Origin: an uncultured Spirochaetota bacterium
Lineage (GTDB): Bacteria > Spirochaetota > B62-G9 > DRHN01
Direction of reading: 5' to 3'
DNA length: 40,788 nucleotides
Assembly: GCA_964347455.1 (NCBI GenBank)
Contig: CAYFYU010000019.1
Location: forward strand, 3,646-44,433
The position numbers and the translations under genes are program-made. Below, in pieces: positions 15,294 to 24,153 of this stretch (position 1 is its first letter; every line of letters starts with the position of its first letter). The notes beneath the pieces are model-generated. The model did no database searches, had not been told where the DNA came from, and saw only the letters and a list, made by a program, of their open reading frames with translations.

Positions 15294-16080
15294 GTTGTCC
15301 TCGTATTAATGTATCATATTTTCTTAATATCCTGCCGACATAACGCGATATACCGAGAAACCTTAGGGTAGTTAAAAAGGCTGTGATGTACAACATAATG
15401 TCAATACGGTTGATAAGCACAAAGAAGCTGAGATATAGGTATCTTTCACCAATACCAAAATTAAGAAAGAAAAATATTTTTTTTACAATCGAGTAGAATT
15501 GTTTCTTTTTCTCATTGTGCGCATTTGTATTATCAGATGATTCTCTCGCAGTATTTCTTTCCTGCAGAGTTTCAAGAGTATCTAGATTCTCATACTGAAC
15601 TCTGTCAGAAAGGCTCAATGCCATGGTAAATATTGAAAGCCCGTATCCCGTGATAAGTCCAAGAAAGAGAAATCGCAGGGCACCATACTGCTGCCACGCA
15701 GTGAAGCCATAGCATATGAAAATAAGGAAATCCCCTATTCTGTCTAAAATTTTGTCCAACCAAGCACCATGTTTTGACGTTTTTCCAATAATCCTTGCGA
15801 GCTGGCCATCGGAACAGTCAAGGGCAAAGGATACTTGTATGAGTAAAGCGATCCCTATTCTAAAGAATATTGAATCAAGTAATGTGTAAAAGATTACCAT
15901 TATGGAAGGGATGATCATTAAGGCGAAGGAGTAAAAAGTTACTGTGTTTGGATTTTTCGTGCCGATTTTCTTGAAAAAAAGAGTGAAAAACGGAGCGATA
16001 TATCTTGATATCAAGTAATCGTAATAGGACTCAGTGTTAGTACCATATTTTGTAATCAGAGAATCAGCGATCTTGCCCAA
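15286..16080 (-). CDS. CDP-alcohol phosphatidyltransferase-family membrane protein (copy 2)
   Basis: 264 aa, TTG start. DCSDGQLARIIGKTSKHGAWLDKILDRIGD fits the same signature. It overlaps copy 1 by 8 nt and shares the conserved C-terminal GERYLY...INR block. Confidence 0.85.
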   Translation of the reverse strand: MGKIADSLITKYGTNTESYYDYLISRYIAPFFTLFFKKIGTKNPNTVTFYSFALMIIPSIMVIFYTLLDSIFFRIGIALLIQVSFALDCSDGQLARIIGKTSKHGAWLDKILDRIGDFLIFICYGFTAWQQYGALRFLFLGLITGYGLSIFTMALSLSDRVQYENLDTLETLQERNTARESSDNTNAHNEKKKQFYSIVKKIFFFLNFGIGERYLYLSFFVLINRIDIMLYITAFLTTLRFLGISRYVGRILRKYDTLIRGQHE

Positions 16081-16111
16081 AGCACAAACCTATCTAAGAA
16101 ATTAACGTGAA

Positions 16112-17224
16112 CTAATAGTAATTTTCAGTGTATGTAAACTTATTACGATACTTTTCCAGTACTTTGTCTCTATTTATTAATTTGTTCTCAGATAATTTAT
16201 CCACAATAAAACTGCAGGCTCTATCCATAGCATGGCCATCATTATAGTAAAAACTTTTCGAAATAAGCTCGCCTGTCTTTTTTTTATATACTGGATTACA
16301 GAAAGCTTCTTCAATTTTCTCAATGATGTTGTCTTTTTCTGGATCGTACATAGGACCGCACAATTTAATGTCAAATTCAGCCGGGGGTTTAAATACATCC
16401 TTATCATCTGTTTTTACAAAGATCATCGGCCTTTTTGTGAGAACAAATTCATAGTTGACAGCGGAATTGTCACCTATAAAGAGGTCGGCAATATAGATAA
16501 AATCCATGATATCTTCATATTGTTTATGGAAGATATAAAGGTTTTTTTGTTTGTATTTTCTCTGCCACCTCAGAATATATTTAAGATTTACTCGGTCATT
16601 GTAATGGGGTCTGATTATTAGTGTGTATTTCTTTGTAATTTTTTCGGCAAATGTTTGAAAACATCTACCAAGTGTTCCTCCACCCCATTGCCAGGTAGGC
16701 GCATATAAAATTATTTTTTTGTCTCTCTGCTTTATATTATACTTGTCTAAAATTTTTGCTTTGTCATAACTCCTGCTGAATATTGGATCCGACCGGAACA
16801 TACCAATCTTCACGACTTTGTCATCTATTCCTTCATCATTGTGGGTGAAGTTTTTCAGTTTATAAAGATCCTTTTGTCCTGTGATAAAATAGTATTCAAA
16901 TAAATTCCCATCCAGTTTTCCATCGGGATAATCAAATACCTTATCGCTTGTTCCATGATAGACAAAGACGCGTTCAAAATTTTTTCCCTGAGGAACTGAA
17001 TCGTCTGCGCTGTGGCAGAGAATTAGACCTTTCGCCTCCTTATCCAATCGTCGCAAAGATCTGTCCATTATCTTCACTTTAAATGGCCCATACCTGAATA
17101 CAAAGTAGAGAAAGGTCAACGGAAATTCCCATTGGACAATTATCTTGCCATGTAATCTTTCAAATACACCTTTTGATTGTGAAAATTGGGCAATTCGCTT
17201 GGTAAAGTAGTACAATCCTTTCAT
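16112..17224 (-). CDS. TagB/TagF-type CDP-glycerol glycerophosphotransferase-family protein, subfamily A (A1)
   Basis: Start trimmed to ATG 17224 (MKGLYYF), matching the paralog at 27009. It has VYHGTSDK, ILYAPTWQWGGG, IIRPHYN and ADLFIGDNSAVNYEFVLTKRPMIF. Confidence 0.8.
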   Translation of the reverse strand: MKGLYYFTKRIAQFSQSKGVFERLHGKIIVQWEFPLTFLYFVFRYGPFKVKIMDRSLRRLDKEAKGLILCHSADDSVPQGKNFERVFVYHGTSDKVFDYPDGKLDGNLFEYYFITGQKDLYKLKNFTHNDEGIDDKVVKIGMFRSDPIFSRSYDKAKILDKYNIKQRDKKIILYAPTWQWGGGTLGRCFQTFAEKITKKYTLIIRPHYNDRVNLKYILRWQRKYKQKNLYIFHKQYEDIMDFIYIADLFIGDNSAVNYEFVLTKRPMIFVKTDDKDVFKPPAEFDIKLCGPMYDPEKDNIIEKIEEAFCNPVYKKKTGELISKSFYYNDGHAMDRACSFIVDKLSENKLINRDKVLEKYRNKFTYTENYY

Positions 17225-17334
17225 ACAGGAGTCCCGGTTTTTATAATTTTGTGTACCCACAATACACCATTCTTTGACACATGGTCAAGATTATGTTGAA
17301 TGTCTTGAGTATGCTGCAACCAGATTCATTCACA

Positions 17335-17363
17335 TTGACAAACATAATGAGGAACCATAATTT
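17335..17363 (+). promoter_or_regulatory. Possible promoter of the 17398 operon
   Basis: Consensus TTGACA (17335-17340), a 17-nt spacer, then a weak -10 TAATTT (17358-17363). CATAAT at 15-nt spacing is an alternative. Confidence 0.25.
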
Positions 17364-17397
17364 TTGTTAATCATCATCTACATTAAAAAGGATTAAA

Positions 17398-18510
17398 ATG
17401 AAGCACAAGAAACGAGTGTTGTTTCTCTACAGACCTGGAATTCATCATCTCTTCCACTCATTATTCATAGCAATTGAGTTATCAAAAATACAGGATGAGT
17501 TTGAGGTTTGTATTTTAAATACCGGATTGGACATGCATAAGATAATAAAACCCGAAATAGTAAAGTATGGAGCAAAAATAAATTATATCAATCGTTCGGT
17601 ATTATTCTCGTTTTTAAAGAAAACCTACACCAATATTATAAAACTTAATAAAAAAATTATACGAGAATCAGATGCGATTCTAACAGCTTCATATAATATA
17701 CCAAGGTATTTACAGCAATACAATATACACGATAAAACCGTAATCTTTACGAGGCACGGTGCAAATATTGGTGACAATGAATTTGATAAAGGTCTTACTG
17801 AATTCGACTGTGTATTTATTACCAGCAAACAGATGTATGAACAACTGAGAGAATTGTCTCTACTGCAGAAATTAAAAAGTTATCTCATGACCGATTATTG
17901 CAAATTCGATTATCTGTTTGATAATCCAGGATTAAAATCGAAACTTTTTGACAACAATCTTCCTGTCATACTCTATAATCCCCACTTCATGAATCACAGG
18001 TCTTCTCTATATAGCGATGGTGAAAAGATTGTAAAGGCAATAGTAAAATCCAATAAATACAACATCATTCTTTCTCCGCACCCCCTTGTAAATAAATGGT
18101 ATTTTTTCCGTAGGATAAAATTACAATTTCCTAAATCCGATAGACTTATAAAAGATTGGTCTAGCATACATAAAGTGAATTTCGATTACATGAGAGCAGC
18201 AGATATATATCTGGGAGATACAAGTAGCAGTGCCTACGAATGGCTGTTTTTTGATAAGCCTATGATATTTTACGATTCTCACAATGTTGATTGGAAAAGC
18301 ATACCCTTTTACCAGTTATGGAACTGGGGCTATGTAGTAAACAATACAGAGGATCTGCTGGACCGTCTGGATAAAACAATACATGATTCTGATCCTTTTG
18401 AGAATATAAGAATGACGACAAAAAATGAAATATTTGGTGACATCGACGGGAAAGCCTCTTATCGAACAGCTTTGAAATTATATAAATTTCTTAAAGAAAG
18501 AAACGTATAA
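17398..18510 (+). CDS. Divergent TagB/TagF-type phosphotransferase-family protein, subfamily B (B1)
   Basis: 370 aa. TRHGANIGD, ILYNPHF, ILSPHPL and ADIYLGDTSSSAYEWLFFDKPMIFYD follow the Glyphos_transf pattern. It is a paralog of 35449..36564. Confidence 0.7.
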   Translation: MKHKKRVLFLYRPGIHHLFHSLFIAIELSKIQDEFEVCILNTGLDMHKIIKPEIVKYGAKINYINRSVLFSFLKKTYTNIIKLNKKIIRESDAILTASYNIPRYLQQYNIHDKTVIFTRHGANIGDNEFDKGLTEFDCVFITSKQMYEQLRELSLLQKLKSYLMTDYCKFDYLFDNPGLKSKLFDNNLPVILYNPHFMNHRSSLYSDGEKIVKAIVKSNKYNIILSPHPLVNKWYFFRRIKLQFPKSDRLIKDWSSIHKVNFDYMRAADIYLGDTSSSAYEWLFFDKPMIFYDSHNVDWKSIPFYQLWNWGYVVNNTEDLLDRLDKTIHDSDPFENIRMTTKNEIFGDIDGKASYRTALKLYKFLKERNV

Positions 18511-18593
18511 TCAGTTTTTACATAAAATTATGGTAAAGCATTTCCGAATATACTACAATGGTATTATCTATGAGCGATCGATGGGAGTGTTAA

Positions 18594-19469
18594 ATGGACA
18601 AAGAGTATACGCTTAGGCATCCTATCGTAAGTGGTCTATTCTATCCCGACCGGAGAGACGAGTTGAAAGGGGTCATTGAAAATAATCTAAAAAAAATAGA
18701 CAAGGGCCAGCTCTTCCATTCAATTGCTGAGCAGACGAATCTGAAAAGCCCTGAAAAGGAAAAGCCTCTTGTGATTATCGTTCCCCACGCCGGTTTTATC
18801 TTTTCAGGTTCCCTTCAGGCACATTCGTACGTACTCTTAGATTCATTTAAAATCGATACGGTTATAATCATTGGACCTGCCCATCAGGCGAGTTTCAAGG
18901 GAATATCCATTAACCTGGATAATGCATACCAGACGCCACTTGGAGATGTGAACGTCGATCTCGAATTCTCAGGTAGACTCATACAATATGATAGGGTATT
19001 TCAACATCACGAGGATGCTCATCTCGGTGAACATTCCATTGAGGTGCAGCTTCCCTATGTACAGCAAATTCAACCGGACGCAAAGATAGTTCCAATTCTG
19101 TTTGGAGAACAGAGCTGGGACTACTCTTTGTTATTAAAGAATGCACTAGTTTCACTATTGAGAGATAAACGTAAGAGTTATATTATTGTCGCAAGCACAG
19201 ACCTCTCTCACTATCATTCACACGTTGATGCTCAAACAATGGATAATATGATAATCGAGGACATCCGTAAACTGGATCCTGACCTTTTTTATAGTCATAT
19301 ACATGATGGCCAGGCTGAGGCATGCGGATGGGGAGGTATTTTAACCGGATTGCTCCTGGTCAAGGAGATCGGGAAGGGGGAATCGGCCATACTTCGATAC
19401 ATGGATTCAGGTGATGTTTCTGGTGACCGGAGAAAGGTAGTCGGCTATCTTTCAGCAGTACTGTACTAG
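18594..19469 (+). CDS. AmmeMemoRadiSam system protein B (Memo-like)
   Basis: 291 aa. RHPIVSGLFYP, VPHAGFIFSG, IIGPAH and STDLSHYH are typical of Memo-family proteins. Confidence 0.85.
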   Translation: MDKEYTLRHPIVSGLFYPDRRDELKGVIENNLKKIDKGQLFHSIAEQTNLKSPEKEKPLVIIVPHAGFIFSGSLQAHSYVLLDSFKIDTVIIIGPAHQASFKGISINLDNAYQTPLGDVNVDLEFSGRLIQYDRVFQHHEDAHLGEHSIEVQLPYVQQIQPDAKIVPILFGEQSWDYSLLLKNALVSLLRDKRKSYIIVASTDLSHYHSHVDAQTMDNMIIEDIRKLDPDLFYSHIHDGQAEACGWGGILTGLLLVKEIGKGESAILRYMDSGDVSGDRRKVVGYLSAVLY

Positions 19470-19554
19470 AGGTCGTCAGATCTTTGCGAACCCTTCTAAA
19501 TATCTTCTCAGATATCGAATAGGCTGTATCATTTCGAGTATAAAGAGGGGAATA

Positions 19555-20103
19555 ATGCTCAACGAAGAAGAGAGAGTTTCACTGCTGAAATTAGCCAGAA
19601 ATACGATAAACGCAAAGCTACATAAGCAACCAGAGCCTGATTTTAAACCCTTAAGCAATGTGCTCGAGCAGCCCTGCGGTGCATTTGTAACCCTTCACAA
19701 AAAGGGTGCGCTGAGAGGATGTATAGGCCTCGTACAGGCTGTAAAACCACTCTACCAAACAGTGCGGGAGATGGCTGTAGCATCTGCTTTCGATGATCCA
19801 CGTTTTCCACCACTGAGAAAGGAGGAATTTGACGACATCGAACTAGAGATATCGGTCATGTCACCTCCAAGACGCATAACCGATGTAAATGAGATAGAGG
19901 TTGGAAGACATGGTATTATTATTAAGCGAGGATATCATCAGGGTCTGTTATTACCTCAAGTGGCAACAGAGCAGGGCTGGGATAGGGATACTTTTATCGA
20001 ACATACCTGTTATAAGGCAGGTCTGAACAATGACAGCTGGAAACAGGATGGCACTGAGATTCAAATTTTTTCAGCAGAGGTATTTTCAGAGAAAGAGTTG
20101 TAG
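19555..20103 (+). CDS. AmmeMemoRadiSam system protein A (AMMECR1 domain)
   Basis: 182 aa. CGAFVTLHKKGALRGCIG, FDDPRFPPL, GRHGIII and LLPQVA are AMMECR1 hallmarks. Confidence 0.85.
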   Translation: MLNEEERVSLLKLARNTINAKLHKQPEPDFKPLSNVLEQPCGAFVTLHKKGALRGCIGLVQAVKPLYQTVREMAVASAFDDPRFPPLRKEEFDDIELEISVMSPPRRITDVNEIEVGRHGIIIKRGYHQGLLLPQVATEQGWDRDTFIEHTCYKAGLNNDSWKQDGTEIQIFSAEVFSEKEL

Positions 20104-21143
20104 AGGTGTGATTTAATCGCTTTGATGATTCTATCGGCAGTCTTGCCATCGGTATAGCTATAGATCTCTTCGAGCATCTTTTTTTGAATTTCCCTATAAT
20201 ACCCCGGTTCCTCGAGATTTTTTCGTATTATTTCCGGAAGTTTATGAATGTCGCTTACTACGTCACCGGTCTTCCAAATTCGTTTCCTCTTTCTTCCATA
20301 AAAAAAACGGATAGGGCTTTTATTATCTAGGAATATCATTGGCCGCTGGAAAGCGATATATTCGTAGGATACTCCTGATACGTCGGTGATGAGTGAATCC
20401 GCCGCTGCCATGACAGGAACAATATCGTATATTTTATTGCTGGTTTCCAGAAGAACGATATTCTTTTTTTCTGCTATATTCTCCTTTAATATTCTAACCA
20501 GTGAGTCCTGATATTTGAATAAGTTTGGATGCAGCTTTATGGTGAGCTGATATTCTTCGGGAAAGTAGAGGGGCAGCAACACTCCGAATTTCTTAAACGA
20601 GGAGTTGCCCATTTTATCCATCCACGTTGGAGCATAGAGAACATTTTTTTTAGAGGGGTCCAGCCCCAGTTTCAGAATTTCTGCATCTCTCGTATAGAAA
20701 TTGTTGAAAATCCTGTCCGTCTTTAGATTGCCGGTGATAACGCAATTATTGTTTTTATTGAGACCCTTTCTGTTGAAGTCATCGAGCATTTTTTTACCTG
20801 CAAGGCAAACCAGATCGTATTGCAGGCTCTCACGATTAAAGTTGTATGACTTGTCACTTGTGCCATGAAATACTTGAACAAATTTTACACCTTGCTCCTT
20901 AAGTGGTCGGAATGTTTTGTAGTGGAAATCCTGCAGAATCAGAATCTTTATCCCGTCATTCCTCATCGAATTGATAACGTCGGAAATCGTCTTACAGTAG
21001 CTGACGTTTATGGAGTGAAAATCCTCCTTTATGAGGCTGAGTGATAATTGCGAATTTGTATACAGAGTACCGTTCAATCTCTGGAGTAATTCCGTTATAA
21101 ATCCGATTTGATGAATTGAGCTGTCGATGTAAAAACCAAACAC
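20061..21143 (-). CDS. TagB/TagF-type glycerophosphotransferase-family protein, subfamily C (C1)
   Basis: 360 aa; GTG start with GGAG 7 nt upstream. It has VQVFHGTSDK, LYAPTWMD, IKLHPN and ADSLITDVSGVSYEYIAFQRPMIFLD. The 3' end overlaps the AMMECR1 gene by 43 nt. Confidence 0.8.
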   Translation of the reverse strand: MFGFYIDSSIHQIGFITELLQRLNGTLYTNSQLSLSLIKEDFHSINVSYCKTISDVINSMRNDGIKILILQDFHYKTFRPLKEQGVKFVQVFHGTSDKSYNFNRESLQYDLVCLAGKKMLDDFNRKGLNKNNNCVITGNLKTDRIFNNFYTRDAEILKLGLDPSKKNVLYAPTWMDKMGNSSFKKFGVLLPLYFPEEYQLTIKLHPNLFKYQDSLVRILKENIAEKKNIVLLETSNKIYDIVPVMAAADSLITDVSGVSYEYIAFQRPMIFLDNKSPIRFFYGRKRKRIWKTGDVVSDIHKLPEIIRKNLEEPGYYREIQKKMLEEIYSYTDGKTADRIIKAIKSHLYNSFSENTSAEKI

Positions 21144-21156
21144 CTCTTTTCTCCGT

Positions 21157-21185
21157 TTGAAGAATTAAAAGGTAGATGTTATATT
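21157..21185 (+). promoter_or_regulatory. Putative promoter of the 21235-28136 plus-strand operon
   Basis: TTGAAG (21157-21162), a 17-nt spacer, then TATATT (21180-21185), about 50 nt upstream of the ATG at 21235. Confidence 0.35.
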
Positions 21186-21234
21186 ATAACGCGGATGTCG
21201 ATGTATATGATATAGATAACAGGTTTTATGAAAT

Positions 21235-22038
21235 ATGTCAAAAGAATGGCCTCTTGTAAGTGTTTGTATTTTAAGTTTTAACAGGCTTGATTATCTTAAA
21301 AAATGTTTGGATTCATTTAGAGAAACCTGTACCTATCCGAATTTGCAATATGTAGCAATTGATAACGGTTCAATTCCAGAGGTTGTCGGGTATCTTCAAT
21401 CACTCGAATTCATTGATAAGTTGATCTTAAACATTGAAAACATGGGAATGGGATATGCTATGAATCAGGCGAGACAGGAAGCAGAGGGTGATTACTTCTT
21501 CAACCTTGAAAACGATTGGTTCTTTTTTTACAGATCTGATTGGATGGAGAGGGGGGTCGAACTTTTTGAAAAGGATAAAAGAGGAGAATATATCCATAAG
21601 AAGCCGGAACAACTCCCCCTCGGTCTTGTAAAGTACAAGGTTGGTGCCGGAGTCGGCAATTACACAAATAACCCTTCCCTCATGTCCCGAACTGCTTACA
21701 TGAACGTTGGACCTTTTCCTCAGTATGGATTCGAATACCGGTTCGTTTCTGAGGATGCACATAAAATTGAGCCCCACTACATTAAGAGATTTAAACAAAA
21801 ATATGCCTGTACTTTGTCTGAAACCCCCTGCGCCATACATATCGGTGGGAATACCACAAATCCGAACTATGGGAATAGGAGGCGTAAGAAATACGAGGAA
21901 CTCGATGAGTTGTTGAAGGGTAAATGGAAGGAGGGTAAGTGGCACATTACCTATCATTATATGAGGCTCGGAAATCGTCTTAAAATCAGAAGGGCACTTA
22001 AAAAATATGAAAAGTTTGAAAGCATTAGGAATGGGTAG
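21235..22038 (+). CDS. Glycosyltransferase family 2 protein
   Basis: 267 aa. VSVCILSFNRLDYLKKCLDS...AIDNGS and NLENDW fit a GT-A fold with a DxD-like element. Confidence 0.75.
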   Translation: MSKEWPLVSVCILSFNRLDYLKKCLDSFRETCTYPNLQYVAIDNGSIPEVVGYLQSLEFIDKLILNIENMGMGYAMNQARQEAEGDYFFNLENDWFFFYRSDWMERGVELFEKDKRGEYIHKKPEQLPLGLVKYKVGAGVGNYTNNPSLMSRTAYMNVGPFPQYGFEYRFVSEDAHKIEPHYIKRFKQKYACTLSETPCAIHIGGNTTNPNYGNRRRKKYEELDELLKGKWKEGKWHITYHYMRLGNRLKIRRALKKYEKFESIRNG

Positions 22039-22934
22039 TGCAGGGAAGCTCAGTGGGTAAAACAATAAATTGTGTCATTGTAACCTATAACAACAGGGAT
22101 CTTCTGAATAAGTGCATTGCCTCAGTTTCAAAATCAATTAAAGAATCTATACTAGATGGAAAAATTACCGTGGTGGATAATGCATCTACGGACGGTACAA
22201 AAGAACTCATAGACAAAAACTACCCATTCGTAAACCACATCGTAAATAGTCGAAACCTTGGACTATCGAAGTCCCTCAATATCGGGATAAAGGAAGGGAT
22301 TGATTGCGACTATACACTCCTTCTCAACGATGATGTTGAGCTCTTCCCCGATACAGTACCACGGATGCTTGAAACATTGAATACCTTTAACGAAGCAAAG
22401 GGAATTCCGGCTGGCTTGATGTATCCGAATGGACGACCACAGCGCGTTAAACTCAAGATTATGGGTGTTGAAAAAAAAACGAAAAAGAATACTCGCTATA
22501 TTGAGTTTGGCGGCACTACGGCTTGTTTATATCATACAGAAGTATTCAAGAAAGTCGGAATGTTTGACGAATTTTATTTCTTTTACAATGAAGATCTCGA
22601 TTTTTCCCTGAGAGCTAAGCGAAATAGAATAAGGTTTGTGTTTAATCCCGACATAAGGGTAATTCATTACCGAAAACAAGGGAGGAGCAAAGCGGCACAA
22701 ACAATAAAACCTTTCTATTATGCGACCAACTACTACTTTTATAGAAAAAATTATGGACTGTTCTTAGCACTACTCTATCTTCTATACGCACGGTTCCATA
22801 TACGGGTACAGGTAAAAAGAATAAAAGGATATAATGGAAATGAAAAGCTCGTTCTGCTGCAAAAGGGAAGGGAGAAGCTGAAGGATACGGTAAGAAATTA
22901 TAAAAAAATCAGAAGTGGGAAAATTGCTGTATAA
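22038..22934 (+). CDS. Glycosyltransferase family 2 protein
   Basis: 298 aa. CVIVTYNNRDLL...VVDNASTDGT and LLLNDDVE are present. The GTG start overlaps the upstream TAG by 1 nt (TAGTG). Confidence 0.8.
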   Translation: MQGSSVGKTINCVIVTYNNRDLLNKCIASVSKSIKESILDGKITVVDNASTDGTKELIDKNYPFVNHIVNSRNLGLSKSLNIGIKEGIDCDYTLLLNDDVELFPDTVPRMLETLNTFNEAKGIPAGLMYPNGRPQRVKLKIMGVEKKTKKNTRYIEFGGTTACLYHTEVFKKVGMFDEFYFFYNEDLDFSLRAKRNRIRFVFNPDIRVIHYRKQGRSKAAQTIKPFYYATNYYFYRKNYGLFLALLYLLYARFHIRVQVKRIKGYNGNEKLVLLQKGREKLKDTVRNYKKIRSGKIAV

Positions 22935-23472
22935 ACTGAATACAAAGAGACTGATAGATAAATGCGTTGACTTAGGAAATAAAAATTCTCTTTCAATTGT
23001 TACGAAAATAAATAAAATCTTGCTCCGAAATAGAAATTGTGTAATAGCGGTTGCAGGTAGTCCCGGAAGCGGGAAGTCAACCGTTGCACGGTGGATCAAG
23101 GATAGAGGTTTTTTATCATTTTCACGGGAAAAATTATTTGTTGTTGACGATCTAAGAGGACCGAACGGAGAGCGGTACAGCAGAAGGGATGTTAGGTCCC
23201 TTGGAGGTGCGCTGCGTGACAGGATCATCATGATCTTTGATTACAGAGCAGCTCTTTATCTGAAAAATGCTGATCTGTGCTTTGTACTGCAGCTTAATGA
23301 GGATGAGCGAAAACGGAATTTACAGCTCAGAACATCGAGAGCATTTAAAAAGTACAGCGGGAAATTCTTTCGTTTCCCACCAGTTCCCTTTACGTTTACT
23401 AGACAGAATATTTATAGTTGTTCAAAAAATTTTTTAAAGTTGATTGGATTGAATAATGAGAGTATGCATTGA
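22915..23472 (+). CDS. Small P-loop NTPase / kinase-like protein
   Basis: 185 aa with Walker A VAGSPGSGKST and a possible Walker B LFVVDD. Nothing else is recognisable. It overlaps neighbours at both ends (20 and 17 nt). Confidence 0.5.
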   Translation: MGKLLYKLNTKRLIDKCVDLGNKNSLSIVTKINKILLRNRNCVIAVAGSPGSGKSTVARWIKDRGFLSFSREKLFVVDDLRGPNGERYSRRDVRSLGGALRDRIIMIFDYRAALYLKNADLCFVLQLNEDERKRNLQLRTSRAFKKYSGKFFRFPPVPFTFTRQNIYSCSKNFLKLIGLNNESMH

Positions 23473-24127
23473 TCTCGATGATTATCACACATTTCCTAAA
23501 TGGGACTGTACCGACGTTCTTCAGAAACTTATCGTGCAGTATCCGAATATACGGTTTACCCTATTTATGACTCCCTTCATGAGAAAAAAGTCGATTTATG
23601 ACTATCCTCAGGCACTGGAACGGTTGCTATCATTAGTTACGCAGGGTAATGTGGAAATCTTTTTACATGGATTGAAACATAAGAAATTCATTAACGGAGA
23701 GTTTGGCTTCATCAGTAAGAGGATGGCGAAGAAAAAAATGGAGAAAGCAATAAGGTTCTTTGAGAAGGGAGGCATTCCATACAAGGAAGGGATCAAATTT
23801 CCGTGGAATATGTACAGCAGGGGCTCTCTGAAGGCTGTCGAAGAGCTTGGATTTATACTATTTTCAAATAAATATGAAAAACATTTCGGCGGTAAACAGA
23901 TAGTCTGGAAGAATCACGACGGTATACAGAAACGATATCTCAACGGTAAATGTTATAAAAAAGGTATACCCGACTTTCCGGAAAAGGGAGGTACAGTGTA
24001 CTATCATGGACATTCACAGAACGCTGGAAACACCGGTATTCGTGAATCATACGATTATTTCTTGAGCGAGTTGAAGAAACTTGAAATGGAAGATGGTATA
24101 AAGTTTATTTTCTGTTCGGAACTATAA
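23456..24127 (+). CDS. Putative polysaccharide deacetylase-superfamily protein (DUF2334-like)
   Basis: 223 aa. N-terminal MRVCIDLDDY, FTLFMTP and FLHGLKHKK...GEF resemble the DD...TLF..P...HG..H..EF pattern of DUF2334/NodB-like proteins. Recall-based. Confidence 0.4.
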   Translation: MRVCIDLDDYHTFPKWDCTDVLQKLIVQYPNIRFTLFMTPFMRKKSIYDYPQALERLLSLVTQGNVEIFLHGLKHKKFINGEFGFISKRMAKKKMEKAIRFFEKGGIPYKEGIKFPWNMYSRGSLKAVEELGFILFSNKYEKHFGGKQIVWKNHDGIQKRYLNGKCYKKGIPDFPEKGGTVYYHGHSQNAGNTGIRESYDYFLSELKKLEMEDGIKFIFCSEL

Positions 24128-24153
24128 TTTATGCCTGCACTCTATGGAAGGTA

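Noticed and set aside
21427-22065. 212-aa minus-strand ORF
   Set aside because: It is entirely antisense to the well-supported GT2 gene 21235-22038. It has no recognisable motif and a low-complexity, shadow-ORF-like composition.
22782-23231. 149-aa minus-strand ORF
   Set aside because: It is antisense to the GT2/P-loop gene junction. It has no family resemblance and no ribosome-binding site.
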